Positions 10,759-24,825 are shown, counted from the first letter of the stretch. The stretch: DNA of 54,053 bases from Octopus bimaculoides (GCF_001194135.2 NC_068998.1:34330270-34384322), one strand, 5' to 3'. A program made the numbers and translations. The notes: generated by a model not told the origin, from the sequence alone.

Positions 10759-13489
10759 NNNNNNNNNNNNNNNNNNNNNNNNNNNNNNNNNNNNNNNNNN
10801 NNNNNNNNNNNNNNNNNNNNNNNNNNNNNNNNNNNNNNNNNNNNNNNNNNNNNNNNNNNNNNNNNNNNNNNNNNNNNNNNNNNNNNNNNNNNNNNNNNNN
10901 NNNNNNNNNNNNNNNNNNNNNNNNNNNNNNNNNNNNNNNNNNNNNNNNNNNNNNNNNNNNNNNNNNNNNNNNNNNNNNNNNNNNNNNNNNNNNNNTATAT
11001 ATATGCACACACACACAAACACGCATATGTATTCTTATATAAATTTGTTTTGTGGTGTGTGGTGTAATGCGTAATGTTTTGCAATAAATCCATGTTGCAA
11101 GTGCATGGAAGAATAGGCAGAACATGAGAGAAAGGAAGCATATATATAATGGTAGGATAGATGTGATTACGGTAAAGAGGTGAAGAAAACGTTTTCTGGG
11201 ATGGTTGAGGTGGACAGTAGCAAGAATAAGTGATAGATTAAAAATGAGAAGTAGCCTAAGGAAGATTGACTGATGACAGAAAGAATGTGAGTATAGTGTG
11301 TATTGCATACAAACAGGTCCAGTGCAGTGTTTTATACATAAGCCTTGTGATGGGCAAGAGACGTTGAGTGATGAAGATGGGGATTTTGATGCAGATACTT
11401 TCCGTATCATCTGCCCTAAAAGCAAGTGACAAGTTTTATGGGAGATGATTGATGAGCTTGTGAGTATGTTAAACAGTTTCTGTGGTGTGTGTCACACTTT
11501 TGTTGGCAGCTATTAACAATGACATTAACACTTTCCATAATTATTAGCAACTCATCATTACTTATCCCTAAATTAATATCTGTTGCATTAAGACTACACT
11601 CACTCCCATTCTATCTCCTTTCCTTGTCATAAATACACAACCACCATCATTTCATTTGTATACACATAGCTCTCTGTGGTGATATTGTCAATTAAACAAT
11701 TAAATGTTCTGCAGTTCCAAATTTCTCTTCACAACCTCTCAATTATTCTTCAAATTTCTGTCACCTGTCCATATCTCAATTATATCCTGTTAATTATATT
11801 TGTACCTCTCAACTTTTACACTCTCTATTTTAATGATTGCTTCCATATTAGCCAAAATTATTTCCCACACTCACTATTCCACTTTCTTTTCACAAAACCA
11901 AGTGTGTGTGGTATTGATATTGAATTATACTGAGTATATTGTAAATAATTTATTATTGCATTGATGGGGATATAAAATTAAGATAATCCTCTTTTCACCT
12001 GCTGTTTTTATTCTGAACATAGAAGGATGAATACAAAATAGTTTCACAGATAAAACGACTGATTGGATAGAGTATAGAGTCATCAACTAGTGGATTATAA
12101 ATTGTAATAAACTGAAAACGATTTGTGCTTATGTTTGGGAACAGAACACTTTGTCTCTCATTATTTCAGTTCATCTACTTCGAAGATACAAAACAATATT
12201 TTCTGTGAAATTTACCTGGGAGAAAAAACTATCTTTTTCAGGGTGAAATTTAGCAAAAAATGACTTTACTATTAATCATTTGAACTCTTGAAATTCACTG
12301 TATGTTTACATTTTTTATTATTTCTTCCATTTTGCTTTGCCTTCTGTGTTTAAATGCTTATTAGAATCAATGCATCATATTATAATCCTTCATATGTTTA
12401 CATGATCTTATCATTCATTGGAGGTAGATTTGCCATATGAACTCCAGGACAATGCCTCTTCTAGATATACACATACATAAAATTCAGTGTGAGACCTAAA
12501 GAAAACCTTATCAGTTATATAGTACTTTCAGTGCTTACACATATAAAGAGAGCTTTCGTGTAGCTTCAACTTATAACAAGTAAAGTGACTGGTCATGCAA
12601 GAGTTAAGTTACTTAGCAGACAATTGATAGCAACAGTTAGAGACATAAACCATACCACTCTTTATTCTATAAGGTGACATCTTATCAACTTGGTAAATTA
12701 AGTTTATCTGTGAGATATCGGAGAGACAAATTCCTGGCAAATCCCTTGTAGTTCCATAAATTTTTATTCACACCATTAAAGCAAAAAATAGTCATTATTC
12801 AATGCAGCCTGCTATGACACTCATTTTAAAACTGTCACATAATTATTTTCACCTTTAAAGGATCATTCAGTTATACAAAAATTCTTGGCATGTTAATGTA
12901 ATTTCGATAGAATTTAATTACCTTTTTTTCAAAACTTCTTCAGTTCTTTGAGAATCCTTAGGTTTATTAGTGGCAAAATTTCATAAATGATTTAATTCCT
13001 TCAACACCTTCACAAATAGTTAGCACATTTAATTTTTTATTGTCTATTTTTTTTTGACAAGAAATTTTTAATTAACTTATAATTATCAGTAGAAAGTCAT
13101 ATTACAGCAACAGGAGACTTTATTGAGTTAAGTTATCTGTAACAGGTGCTTTAATTTCCCCCGTGGAAGGAAAGTTCTGTGACTAGTAGCGAAAAGAGAG
13201 ATAAATAAATATATTGAAATCCTATTGTTGCTCATGATATCTGATGGCATTGTAAAGCTACATTACATGTGTATCTTTACAGACATCTTTGTGCTATATT
13301 TGATTAACTCTGAGCTGCTTTCTATGAACTGAATAAACAAAATATACAACAGAGTGGATGACAAAGAAAGTAAGCTGGTGTAATAAAATATTCATGCTGT
13401 ATATAAACTTATACAAATGTGGAAGTCTACACAAACAATGACATATCTATCTATATATATGGGTGTGTGTGTTTAATATACGCACCCGC

Positions 13490-13504
13490 ACGCACACACA
13501 CACA

Positions 13505-13555
<51 letters not shown>

Positions 13556-13575
13556 GGAGAGACAGATAGACAGAC
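13490..13575. repeat. (CA)n plus (GACA)n microsatellite
   Basis: Read directly from the sequence. Confidence 0.95.
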
Positions 13576-14342
13576 AGAAAGATCTGTATATGTTTATATA
13601 TTTAATAACGAGATGATTCAGCTCCAAATTACTCAAGTTTCAGGGGTGCAAGTGTGCATTTACATCTTCAGATGCGTGGAATCAGGATAGGAAGAATTTA
13701 AATATGGCTTCCAGGTGGGAATATTTACAGTGGGCCACCATTGGTCAGTTCTATTCAAATGATTTGTTTGATAAAATAACAACAAATAGTTTTATAACTG
13801 CTACTACATAGTGATGGTAAGAGTACAATGGTTATCAGGAATTCAACAATACACGGACAGGCACTCATGGGCATTGGACATTTTTGTTATGGATATAGTG
13901 AGGGAGGTTAATGTCAAATATAGAGCAGTGATTACAAGACTTATGAGAAAAATGTAAATATTAATCCACGCTTTAGTGGGAATAAATATCAGCCCTCAAT
14001 GCTTTAAAGATGAGGGAACAACAAAAGATACAAAAGTATATTTAGATATTTTGATTGAGACAAAAAAAATATGGAACAGTGTGTTAACTGTAAATCTATG
14101 AAACAGATAATAAGCATTCACAAAATCCTTGAAATCAGTGAGCTCTTTCAACTGAATTATAAGCATATAGAACTAATACTTGTAAAAAGCAAATGTTTAG
14201 TTTTAATTTGTTTGAACAACAATACTTCCTGTTTACGGTAGTAATCTCTAGAAACATTTTTCTTCTAGCTCCTGGCATCTCTGTTCAGAAGTAATTTTGT
14301 CATAATGAGTTGAAATTGTTATTATTTTGAAGTAATAGTCCC

Positions 14343-15487
14343 CAGGTAAGGGACAAAATGAAGTCTATAAAAGCAATATATGAATTAGAATTTGCTAGAA
14401 TGAGATAAAACACTCAATGTATTTAGTCTGGTACTTTACTGCCTCTCATACCAACAGTGGTAGACATAACATCTGAAAACTGAAGCTTGAGTCAAGTGTC
14501 AAGGAAGTAATAGGTTGGAGTTATACATGAGTACATATCCTCAAAGCTAGAGAACAACAACAATGTTGACAAGAACAATAACCTTTCTGGGATCTGAGAT
14601 AGATACCTTACATCTCACTAAGAAAACTGGGCCTTTGTTATGCACGTACAGAAGTTAGCTGCTAAATATCTGGTCAGCAAAAGTTATAAATGTACCTCAA
14701 ACTTCCCTATTGAGATAGAAAATGTTGATTGTACCATATTGATATAGAAGATATTATCTACACCATAGGGAGCTTTCTGAAAATGTCCACATGCAACTAC
14801 CTTCTCATGAAATATGGCATAATGTATTCATTTTTCTCTTTATTGTTCAATAGGTGTTGTCAAGTGAAATGAAAGAAATGAAAACCAAACTGAAAGGGCA
14901 ATGAAAACATATAGTACATGGTATAAAAAAAATGCAAAATGAGTGTAGTCATTTCTTTCATTTCACTTGACAACACCTATTGAACAATAAAGAGAAAAAT
15001 GAATACATTATGCCATATTTCGTGAGAAGGTAGTTGCATGTGGACATTTTCAGAAAGCTCCCTATGGTGTGGATAATATCTTCTATATCAATATGGTACA
15101 ATCAACATTTTCTATCTCAATAGGGAAGTTTGAAGTACATTTATAACTTTTGCTGACCAGATATTTAGCAGCTAACTTCTGTACGTGCATAACAAAGGCC
15201 CAGTTTTCTTAGTGAGATGTAAGGTATCTATCTCAGATCCCAGAAAGGTTATTGTTCTTGTCAACATTGTTGTTGTTCTCTAGCTTTGAGGATATGTACT
15301 TATGTATAACTCCAACCTATTACTTCCTTGACACTTGATTCAAGCTTCAGTTTTCAGATGTTATGTCTACCACTGTTGGTATGAGAGGCAGTAAAGTACC
15401 AGGCTAAATACATTGAGTGTTTTATCTCATTCTAGTAAATTATAATTCATATATTCCTTTTATAGACTTCATTTTGTCCCTTACCTG
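14343..15487. repeat. 539-bp inverted duplication with 67-bp spacer
   Basis: 14343-14881 vs 14949-15487: 9 substitutions and no indels by manual alignment (about 98%). Confidence 0.97.
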
Positions 15488-16464
15488 TGGTTAATAAAAT
15501 AAAACTACATGCATTGATGTGTTTAGTTTCATACTTATAAACTCTGGTTTTAGGCAGTGAAATCTGTTTTCTTACATACACTTCATTCCTTATTTCTTTC
15601 ATGTGTTAATAAAATAAACAAAACAGTAAAATAGCAAGGGTTTATTTTATTTCTTGTTGACCTTTCCACTTCTGATCTAATTTTGTGCCTATGGAAGATG
15701 TTATTTTATACTTAGAATGTTAAATGCTTCATTTCTTCAGAGAGTTCAGAACTGAATAAGATTAGTCTGTCATACCACCTATTTTTACACCAGAACGAAC
15801 AAAAAGCTGGCTCCTCCAACAATACATGTACTGTTATTTGTCTATAGAGATCCAAATGGAATTTAGTGTGATTTTAAACAATTTATTTATTTGTGTCTCA
15901 CCACCAACACTGAAAATATTCCCCATCCTTGGGGAGCTTGGTGCATTATAAGAGCATAAGAGCCTGTCAGTGTGCATCTACGGTGGGATAAAGAATGAAT
16001 CAGTAATTTATTGATAAGCAACTTATCTAAAATTTCTGTTCTGGTCCTAATGTTTAATCAACTTTTCCCTATGGACTTTAGAAATATTATCAGCAAGTAG
16101 TTTCAGATTTAAAAGCTATTAGAATTTCACCCATCTGGGATAGATTTTTCATATCTCATCCAGAAACATTAGTAGCTGTCTCCAAAGTGTAAAGAATAAA
16201 CAGTATTTTTTCTCTTTAGACCAGTATTGAATATCTGCATATTTTATATCATTTTAGATTAGCTTAAGTTTATTGGAACTGTGAAACCTTTAAAGACCCG
16301 ATGATTTTAGTAATAAGAAGTGCTCACAAACACTTGTAACATAGAAGTACTAAATACCAAAATCTTGTAGTAAACATTTGTGATGTTCTATAGCTCCAAT
16401 TACTACAATCTTACTGGAAGAAAATGTCAACATTTTAACATTATTGTATGCATGCAATAATATT

Positions 16465-16677
16465 TTTTTCTACTCTCGGCACAAGGCTCGAAATTTGTGG
16501 GGAAGGGGCCAGTTGATTAGATCGACCCCAGTATGCAACTGGTACTTAATTTATCAACCCCAAAAGAATGAAAGGCAAAGTCGATCTCAGTGGAATTTGA
16601 ACTCAGAATGTAAAGACAGATGAAATATGATTAAGTATTTTGCCTGATGTGCTAACATTTCTGCTAGTTTGCCGCCT
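16465..16677 (-). mobile_element. SINE family B with an 18-bp TSD
   Basis: Reverse-complement B body. Perfect direct repeat tatgcatgcaataatatt at 16447-16464 and 16678-16695. Confidence 0.92.
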
Positions 16678-17104
16678 TATGCATGCAATAATATTATATA
16701 GTGATTGTTGCTTTGAGCATTTGTATATCAATAATTTTGGCATTATGGAGTCAACACACTCACTGTAGTTATATACTCTGTTTTCTTTACAATAATTCAG
16801 GTGTAGAAAATATTTGAATGGAAAGGTAGCTCCAGCAACAACTTAACAATTTTTTTCCACTGCCTTCATAGATACAGCTATGCTGATATCTTTGGTTAAT
16901 TTTATTTTAGGGATTCATTCTACCTGTTTTATTCATACTGGAAAATATTTTGGTCTACTGTCATTATATATTGAGCCCAATACTCTTGTAAATGGTAACA
17001 TTATATTTGCACAATCAACTCTTCACTGGTTATAATTCCATTCACATATAGGATGCATTATATTAATGAAATATCTGATTGTAATTTTTATCACTTTTTA
17101 CTGT

Positions 17105-17140
<36 letters not shown>

Positions 17141-17489
17141 TATTTCACTCTTAATTAATTATTGTAAACTTTTAATAAGGAAATATAATTAATAAATATA
17201 TTAATTAGGAAACTTAAAGCATGTAATTGTAAAGCTACATACGTATCAATGATGACATCTTTGTGTTAGTTTGATTAACTTTTTGTTCACTATTCTGTGA
17301 ATTAGATAAACAGATTATACATATAATCGGAAATGTGACAGATATCGGTAGACATAATATACTACTCATATATACTTCATGAATGCTTAAAATCGAAACA
17401 TACACATCATCATCATTTTGTGTCTGCTTTCCATGCTAGCTTGAGCATGTTATATACGGCCTGGTTCTCTGTCACTTATGACAACAGGT

Positions 17490-17720
17490 GTTCTACTTCA
17501 TCTGTTCAATGGAACACCTTGCTTGTGAAATTAACATGCAAGTAGCAGAGCACTTTACAGACATGCCTTTCTCTAACATTGTTCTCAGGGAGATTCTGTG
17601 TGACACACTGAATGTGACAAAGCACCTACAACTCATTTTCGCCAGCAGAGTAAACTGGAGTGATGTGAAATAAAGTGTTGAACTCATAAACTTATGATTA
17701 TGAGCTGAACACCATGACTT
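17490..17720 (-). mobile_element. SINE family C, decayed
   Basis: Reverse complement of the C body at 48590 and 50903 (ctcagggagattctgtgtgacaca..ctcattttcgccagcagagtaaactggagtgatgtgaaataaagtg). Confidence 0.7.
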
Positions 17721-17736
17721 CTAAGCCATGAGCCTT

Positions 17737-17788
<52 letters not shown>

Positions 17789-18127
17789 CAAATGAGAGAA
17801 AGAGAAAATGGAATTCATGAGATTCTTTATTAATCAAAACAATCATTTTGACCCATCATACGTCGGTCTCTCATGGGTGAGATTCTGGACAACTGGTTAT
17901 GGTGCATCATTCGGTACAAATGTGTCCCATCAGGTAACTTTTCAGAAGGTACCTCGTGCAATAAACTCAGGTCTGGTTGGTTCGATTATAATGTATTTTA
18001 TTATTTGCCTGTAGCTAGTTGCATACAGGGTTTCATAGTTTGGAATCTATATCTATACTGTTGATGACATCAGGTAGCTGCAGACAGTCAATGTGCATTA
18101 GTCAGCGCACTACCTGGTGTATACCCA

Positions 18128-18397
18128 AGTCTGGCTGTGTGGAAAGAAGCTTGCTTCCCAAACACATGGGTAATTGTTTTCTACTATAGCCTTCAGCTGA
18201 CCAAAGCCTTGTCAGTGGATTTAATACACAGAAACTCTGAACTTCACATATATATATGCTCAAGCTAGCATGGGACTTAACAACTAGTTTTTATGTGTTT
18301 GCATCCCAGTAACTAAGCAGTTTGGCATAAGAAACCAATAGAATAAGTAACAGTAATGGCCACAGTCTAATGACTGAAACAAATAAAAGATAAAAGA
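18128..18397 (+). mobile_element. SINE family A with internal deletions
   Basis: tggctgtgtgg..ctactatagcc..gaccaaagccttg..ggccacagtctaatgactgaaacaaataaaaga. Confidence 0.8.
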
Positions 18398-18399
18398 TA

Positions 18400-19721
18400 T
18401 TTTTGGGGTCATCCCATAAATAATGTGTTTTTTTTTATACTTTTATTTTTCAAAATTAATAAAAACAAAGTTCCTTTTAATCTAAAATATACTCTCCTTC
18501 ATTTTCTACAATGATCTTCCATCTATCTGGTAGACTTGTAAGGCCCCTCTTCCAAAATTCACTTGTCTGAGATAAAAAATACTCTTCCAGTACTGTTTTG
18601 ACCTAGTCTACAGAATTCGTATTTTTTCTGTTCAAATGATTTTGAAGACTGTGGAACAAATGGTAATCAGATTGGGCAATGTTTGGGGAATATGGTGGGT
18701 GAGTCATCATTTTCCATTCAGATTGCTCCAACCTTTGGAATGTCGTCCTCGCTGTATGTGGCCGAGCATTATCCTGATGGAAGAACATCTTTCATCTTAA
18801 ACCGCAGATGGTTGTTTTTCTTCTAGTGCTGACTTAAGCCACTCAAGCTGCTCACAGTAGATCTCCTTTGTCATCGTTTGGTTTGGGTTTAAAAGTTCAA
18901 AGTGGACTAAATCTTTCATATCTCACCAAACAGTTAACAACATCTTATGTGGGTGAAGACCTTCTTTTGCCTGGGATGTTTCTCTTTTCCCTACCCACTG
19001 TCTTTAGCACTTGATTTTTTTTATAGAGAACTCATTTCTTGCCACCAGTCATTATTTGGTCCAAAACAGGTTCATTCATGGGACGTGACAGCGAAGAAGA
19101 GCATGCATTCACTCTTTATGCTCGATTAGGCACAAAAAGTTTGTGAGGAACTCATTGACTGACAGTGACGAAGAGCATACATTCACTTTCCGCATGCAAT
19201 TAGACTCAGAAAGTTTGTGAGGAACCTATTGACCCAATTTGCTGACTTTTCCGGCAGTGTCAATGAATGATTGAATGACCAAATCCAAGTTTCTCTGCTA
19301 GTTCCTCAACAGTTATGATGGGATTTTGTTTCACCAGGGTTTACAGGACGTACTCGTCGAACTCTTCGGATCTTCCAGGATGTGGCATGTCTTCTAGGTT
19401 GTAGTTTCTGGCTTGGAATTTCTAGAACCACCGTTGACACTGGTTTACACTTATTATCCAATCCCCATATACTGAGTTAATATTCCTCACACTTTCCATT
19501 GCATTGTTGCTTTTATTGAACTCAAAAATATACTCCTTTGTTACTTCTATTATATCTTTGAAAAAATAACTTAAAATCGAACTGCACTCTTCAAAATTTG
19601 CACTAAGAGAAAATTACTACCTGCTATAATAGCAAGTTGATACAGGTAGCTTATCCCGTACCCCACCGACTTTTAGTTCATGCAACTGAAAAAAACTGCA
19701 TTATTTATGGGACGACCAACA
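18400..19721 (-). mobile_element. Mariner DNA transposon, near full length (about 1.3 kb), transposase pseudogene
   Basis: TIRs ggggtcatcccataaataatg (18405) and cattatttatgggacgacc (about 19700). N-terminal QCQRWF*KF..LEDMPHPGR, then GLHPHKMLLTVW*D, then HQDNARPH..YSPNIAQSDYHLF with D34D spacing. Confidence 0.93.
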
Positions 19722-19989
19722 TGCATTTAAAACTAATATTTATGCATAATACAGTAGTGTGCAGTTTTAAAGGCATTTGCTATGAAACTCCAGCCAGATG
19801 CAACTGCACTGCATTATCTTTATGAATGTAACAATAAAGACTATAGCCCTGTTTCAGTTTGTTGACCACTCATTAGATGACTAGTATCTTCTCAACTTTC
19901 TACCCACAGTGAGAACTTTACGGTAATTGCAATTTTAATCAAATGGAAACCAGAACTTTATTCTAATGGCTAGACTAATTTTTATATGT

Positions 19990-20800
19990 AGAGTATGCAA
20001 ATTGGTTTATCTATTACAAACAGCCAGTATTTTTGAAGAAGACTAATAGTAATTGGATGATGCATGGAGTTCGTTCTTATTGGTGAGATCATATCATGTG
20101 ATCAAAGATTGCTATAAGATAAATAGGTACAGGAGGGCTGCTGAATTTTTATTTTTTCTTGGTTGGTGGGTCTGAAGGAAGGGGCAGTGCCCATGATCTA
20201 TGCTAGACATCCAAGACCAGAGAAATTGATGCCTTTACTGTTGCTCTTGAACATTTGAAAGTCAAAACTTTTGGAAAAAAAGATGTGAGCAGTTAAGGAT
20301 TTCTACTGTGTTGACATTCTAGTAAAGAAGGACCAAACACTATGATTAGCTATATTAAGGGTATGTTTTAACTAGGAGAGATCCTTAGTGATAGTTAGAG
20401 TTAACAATTGGAGTGATTTTGATGTCCTTAGCCATAGTTAAGAGGAGTATAGAGTGATGATGACTTTATTTTTTCTTTCCTGATATGAAAAATTGAGAAA
20501 TAATTGTGTTTTCTTGATATTAAAAAGCACAAGATATCCAAATTGGTGAATGCTTTTGTGGTCTGTATTCATGGAATGAGTACTTGTTTAGCATATGGTG
20601 TCTAGGCTACAAATGGATAATGCATGACTGGAGAATGTTAAGGACAAATAAATGTTCTGCCATCTGTGTTAGACTGGGTGTTGTTAGATGTATTGGCATG
20701 TAAGTCATTGATGTATTGAGGGAAAGACAGTGAGAGACAAAACCAAACCCCGGGGCTTACAAAGTTGGTAGAATAGGAGACAACTCTAATGTAATAGGGA
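19990..20800 (-). mobile_element. Decayed CR1/L2-type LINE RT fragment
   Basis: Minus strand PRGLVLSLTVF/QYINDLHANTSNNTQSNTDGRT resembles PQGSVLSPxLFxxYINDL..YADD, with one frameshift. Confidence 0.55.
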
Positions 20801-20829
20801 GAATAGCTTTTCTTGCCCTCACTAAAAGT

Positions 20830-20999
20830 GTCAAAACTTGCTGCTCAACCAAATGGTTCCGAGTTCAGTCCCACTGTGCGGTACCCTGGGCAAGTATCTT
20901 CTACCATAGCCTCAGGCCAACGAAAACCTTGTTAGTGGATTTGGTAGATGGTAACTGAAAGAAGCCCATTGTGTGTTAACATACATACATACATACGTG

Positions 21000-21057
<58 letters not shown>

Positions 21058-21250
21058 TGTGTGTGTCCCTCACCACCACTTGACGACCAGTGCTGGTGTG
21101 TTTCTGTCCCTGTGACTTAACAATTTGGCAAAGGAGACCAGCAGAGTAAGTACCAGGCTTAATGAAATAAGTACTGAGGTTGATTCAGGTGACTAAGAAA
21201 TTCTCCTAGGCTGCAATCTAATGACTGAAACAAGTAAAAGATAAAAGAAA
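20830..21250 (+). mobile_element. SINE family A with an expanded internal (TG)n
   Basis: ggttccgagttcagtcccactgtg..gaaagaagccc..(tg)n..gactgaaacaagtaaaagataaaaga. Confidence 0.88.
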
Positions 21251-22264
21251 AAGAGGAACAATGAAACTGAACTATTGGCGGATAGCTTAAAATTGGATAA
21301 TAGGATGCTTCATTGATGACTGCAGTATGAAACTTAAGTCTTTATGTAAAGGGCTGCAGTGTGATGTTTTGATATATGCAGTTTTTCATGAAAACAAAGG
21401 CAGGAGTTATGTGTCTTGGACTGCCCCTTGAATATAGCCCAAGTAATTCTGAACAGATCATTTCCTGATCCACAAGTTTGCAGATGAAACAGGACAGGAA
21501 GGTATAATTTTTCTCGTTTCTAAACCTAACGGAGTACATATGTTAAATGAGCCTTCCATTGAAGTCACTGGCTCTGAGTATTATGTAATTCTTTGGAATA
21601 CTTTCAGATGGAGTGAAAATCATGCTATAAATCACTGCCTCAGAAAAGCAGAACCTTCTCATTGGAGTAAAGGATTGATTTCAGTCGTTGAAATAGGAAC
21701 TGCATAGTTGGACATTTTTTCAGTTGTAGTTTGTGATGTTGGAACAGATATTGTCTAGACAGTATTAACTAACCCTAGCGTTATGCGCAATACAAAGTCT
21801 GTGTGCTTGAAAAATGGTATTTCATGAAGAATGAATATTTTATGACTCAGTTTATAGATCAACTGAGGGATTGCACCAACTTATATTCTTCCTAACCCTC
21901 TTCAAGTTAAGAGCAGAGGATATTTTTATGTGTGCTAACTGCTCTTTAATGTTGATTCTTGCAAACATGTTGTAATGGGATGTGACTCTATTAAGATATC
22001 ATCTTAGAATAAATAAAATATTCTTCAGTTACTCACATCGACTAGCTTCTTAATTTTACGACAATTTACAGTCCCCTCATTAGGCTTCCAAAAGCCCATC
22101 TTGTTTAAGACTTTTGTTGTTTTAAAATGTGTAATAAACAGTTGAACAAATAGAGCTGAATAAAATAAATACTATATTGAAATTTGTACTGAAATCGATA
22201 TGAACGAGTAAATCTGTGAAGGTGAAATTCTAGCAAAGTTGCTGTTCAACAGCCAAAACAGTAT

Positions 22265-22267
22265 AGG

Positions 22268-22319
<52 letters not shown>

Positions 22320-22465
22320 TGTGTGTATGTGAGTGTGTGTGTACGTGTGCATGAATGAGTATGTGTGTGTGTGTGTGTTGCTTAATGTTGAATGAGTGAG
22401 AAACGAGTGCTCAGTACATGTTGCAGAGGATATAGATTTTATGGCTTCAGCTTCAATGGTATATA

Positions 22466-22535
<70 letters not shown>
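22265..22535. repeat. (GT)n and (TA)n microsatellites
   Basis: Read directly from the sequence. Confidence 0.95.
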
Positions 22536-24589
22536 TACATAATATACACACACTTATATGTACACGTATACATACATATATGTACATATATACATATATA
22601 TGTACACATATACAGAATTTTTATAAATAAGGAACAATTTTTCATCCAGTTATATTAAAAACACGACTATGTTGGATTTTGTTCTCTTTTAGACAGATTT
22701 CTCATATTTCTGCTGCTAGTTGTTTATGTTTAGAACCATATGTTTGAAATTTTCATAATCTTGTCTTTAAAATAATCTATTCTAGTGACATGTCTGTGCA
22801 TTCTACAGTAAGTTGTAAAGGATCTTGGCAATAGTTCTGTAATTGTTAAAATCAATAATACTAGATTCAAAATTATATAATAACAAATTCTGATAGATTT
22901 CACATCATGATATGTTTTATGTGTGATGCATCTGTGTTTTCAAATGAGGTTTGTATTTTACCATTAGTAAAGCTTCTATAATTATTCTCATTTAGTGTAG
23001 AATTCTATAGAAAATTGTACTGCTGCCAAGTAGTATTTTCTATTCGTTTTTTAGAGTATACTGCATTATAATGAGTTACAATGGCTTCTTGTTGCAAATT
23101 CTAGGTCAGTCAATGAGAAAGTGCTGAACTTGTGTGTTTGATGTAACAGTTTAATCATGAAGTTTACAACTTTTATGGTTATATTGAAATTTGCATATTA
23201 AATTGGTTGTCTGAAATTTATTTCAAAAATGAGATTGTGAAAGTCTCAAAATGTCAGTATAATATTTAGGAACATTACTTATAATTACAAACCAAATATA
23301 AAGGATTATTAGAGAAATATGAAAAATCCTGAATAAAAAAAAATCAAACCTGAATATAGTCATGTCTTAAATATAAAATGTTGAAAGAAAATCTGTTTCC
23401 TATTTACACATATGTATATGTGTGTATGTGTGTATGCACGTGTGTAGAAAAATGTATGAGAGTGAAGAAATATTGTCTCTCTAGGATCAATCTTGAAAAA
23501 TACCAGAGAGCCCAGTTTGAAGAAGAAATAATGATATAAGAAATGTAACTGTAAAGCAAATCTTATGTCACTATGAAATGAGATTTCCATTGTAGATGGA
23601 ACTGAAGTAGAGAAACAAGAAAAAGGAAAAGAAACACGGAGAATTCTATCAGCAAGGAATAAAAGCTTCATTCAAATTGGTTTCAAACATAACCACAAAA
23701 CTAACTGAATGAGATATTGTTGGCAGATCGAGGGAAGTACAAGCTAGAACAGCAGAATAGTTGCACAATATTATTGATTCAACAGGGAAATAGTTGTTTA
23801 GAGTATAAGGCTGTCTGATAGACAGATGCCTTTCATTTGTCATCTATGTTGTAGTTGTTTAAATTTAAGTTGTACTTATCTAATGTGTCCTCTTCCTTTA
23901 TGATTGTGAAGTGTGATTTGAAGGTGATTTTAGTTGTTATTTCTCACAGATTGGGCGACCATGCAGACGTTCCCTAGTCGAATATGCTGCCAATATTTAG
24001 CTCCAGGTCACCCCAGTTTGACAAACCTTTAATCAAAAGCACAACCATTTTGTAATGCTAAATATTTCAGAAAGTTTTAAGATAGTGGAGTACAATAGGG
24101 TGAAAATTTAGCTGCTATTTCTAGCAGCTGAGTAGACATGTAGCATTTCCTTGATTGGTTTTTATCTATATGATTGGAATATAGTGTTTTCAGAGATTCA
24201 GAATTAACATTATATTCTCAAGTCAATAGGTGTCATTGAAAAACACAATTTCTTTGATAAAATTTTGGTTATGTGGAGTATTTAATGTTGCTAGTAGTGT
24301 TTGTCAAAGACAGGCCAAGCATGTGCTGGAAGTATTTTTTGGTTAGAGGCAGAATTTTTGGTTAGCGTATATGAGAATAAGAAACAGAACTATAAAAGAT
24401 TGTACTATAGTTCTGTTTCCTAGACACATATACCATTAAAGCTTTGTTGACATGAATGTTTTACCAGTTACTACACTCTGTTGTTAGGATGTTTTTTTTT
24501 TCTATAAAAGCATAATAAACTTCAAATTTTTCTTAGAAAAACTATACAGAAGCCCACTGTGAATGTATGTGTGTGTGTGTGCATGTTCA

Positions 24590-24825
24590 ATTCCAGTGCC
24601 ACCGAATTGGCTTCTGTGCTGGTAGCACATAAAAAGCACCCCAGGAGCATGGCCAATGCTAGTGTCACCTGACTGGCTCCCATGCTGGTGGCATGTGAAA
24701 AGCACTATTCAAGCATGGTCAATGCCAGTTCCACCTGACTGGCTCCCATGCCAGTGGCACATAAAAAGCACCTACTACACTCTCCAAGTGGTTGGCGTTA
24801 GGAAAGGCACCCAGCTGTAGAAAGT
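24590..24825 (+). mobile_element. RTE 3'UTR fragment with tandem units of about 60 bp
   Basis: Repeated cacctgactggctcccatgc..gtggcac(a/g)t..aaaagcac, followed by gtggttggcgttaggaaaggcacccagctgtagaaa. Confidence 0.8.

Noticed and set aside
14260-14350. Coding exon ending at CAG|GTAAGG at the start of the inverted duplication
   Set aside because: All three frames after the nearest acceptor contain stops.
17808-18064. ORFs 17808-18014 and 17873-18064 as a gene
   Set aside because: No recognisable domain, the start lies next to a (TA)n tract, and no convincing acceptor was found.
21340-21800. LINE APE endonuclease (SDFNGRL) or a Thr-rich exon on the minus strand
   Set aside because: Only one short motif with no other APE motifs in register; the alternative frames end in stops. 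Support is insufficient.
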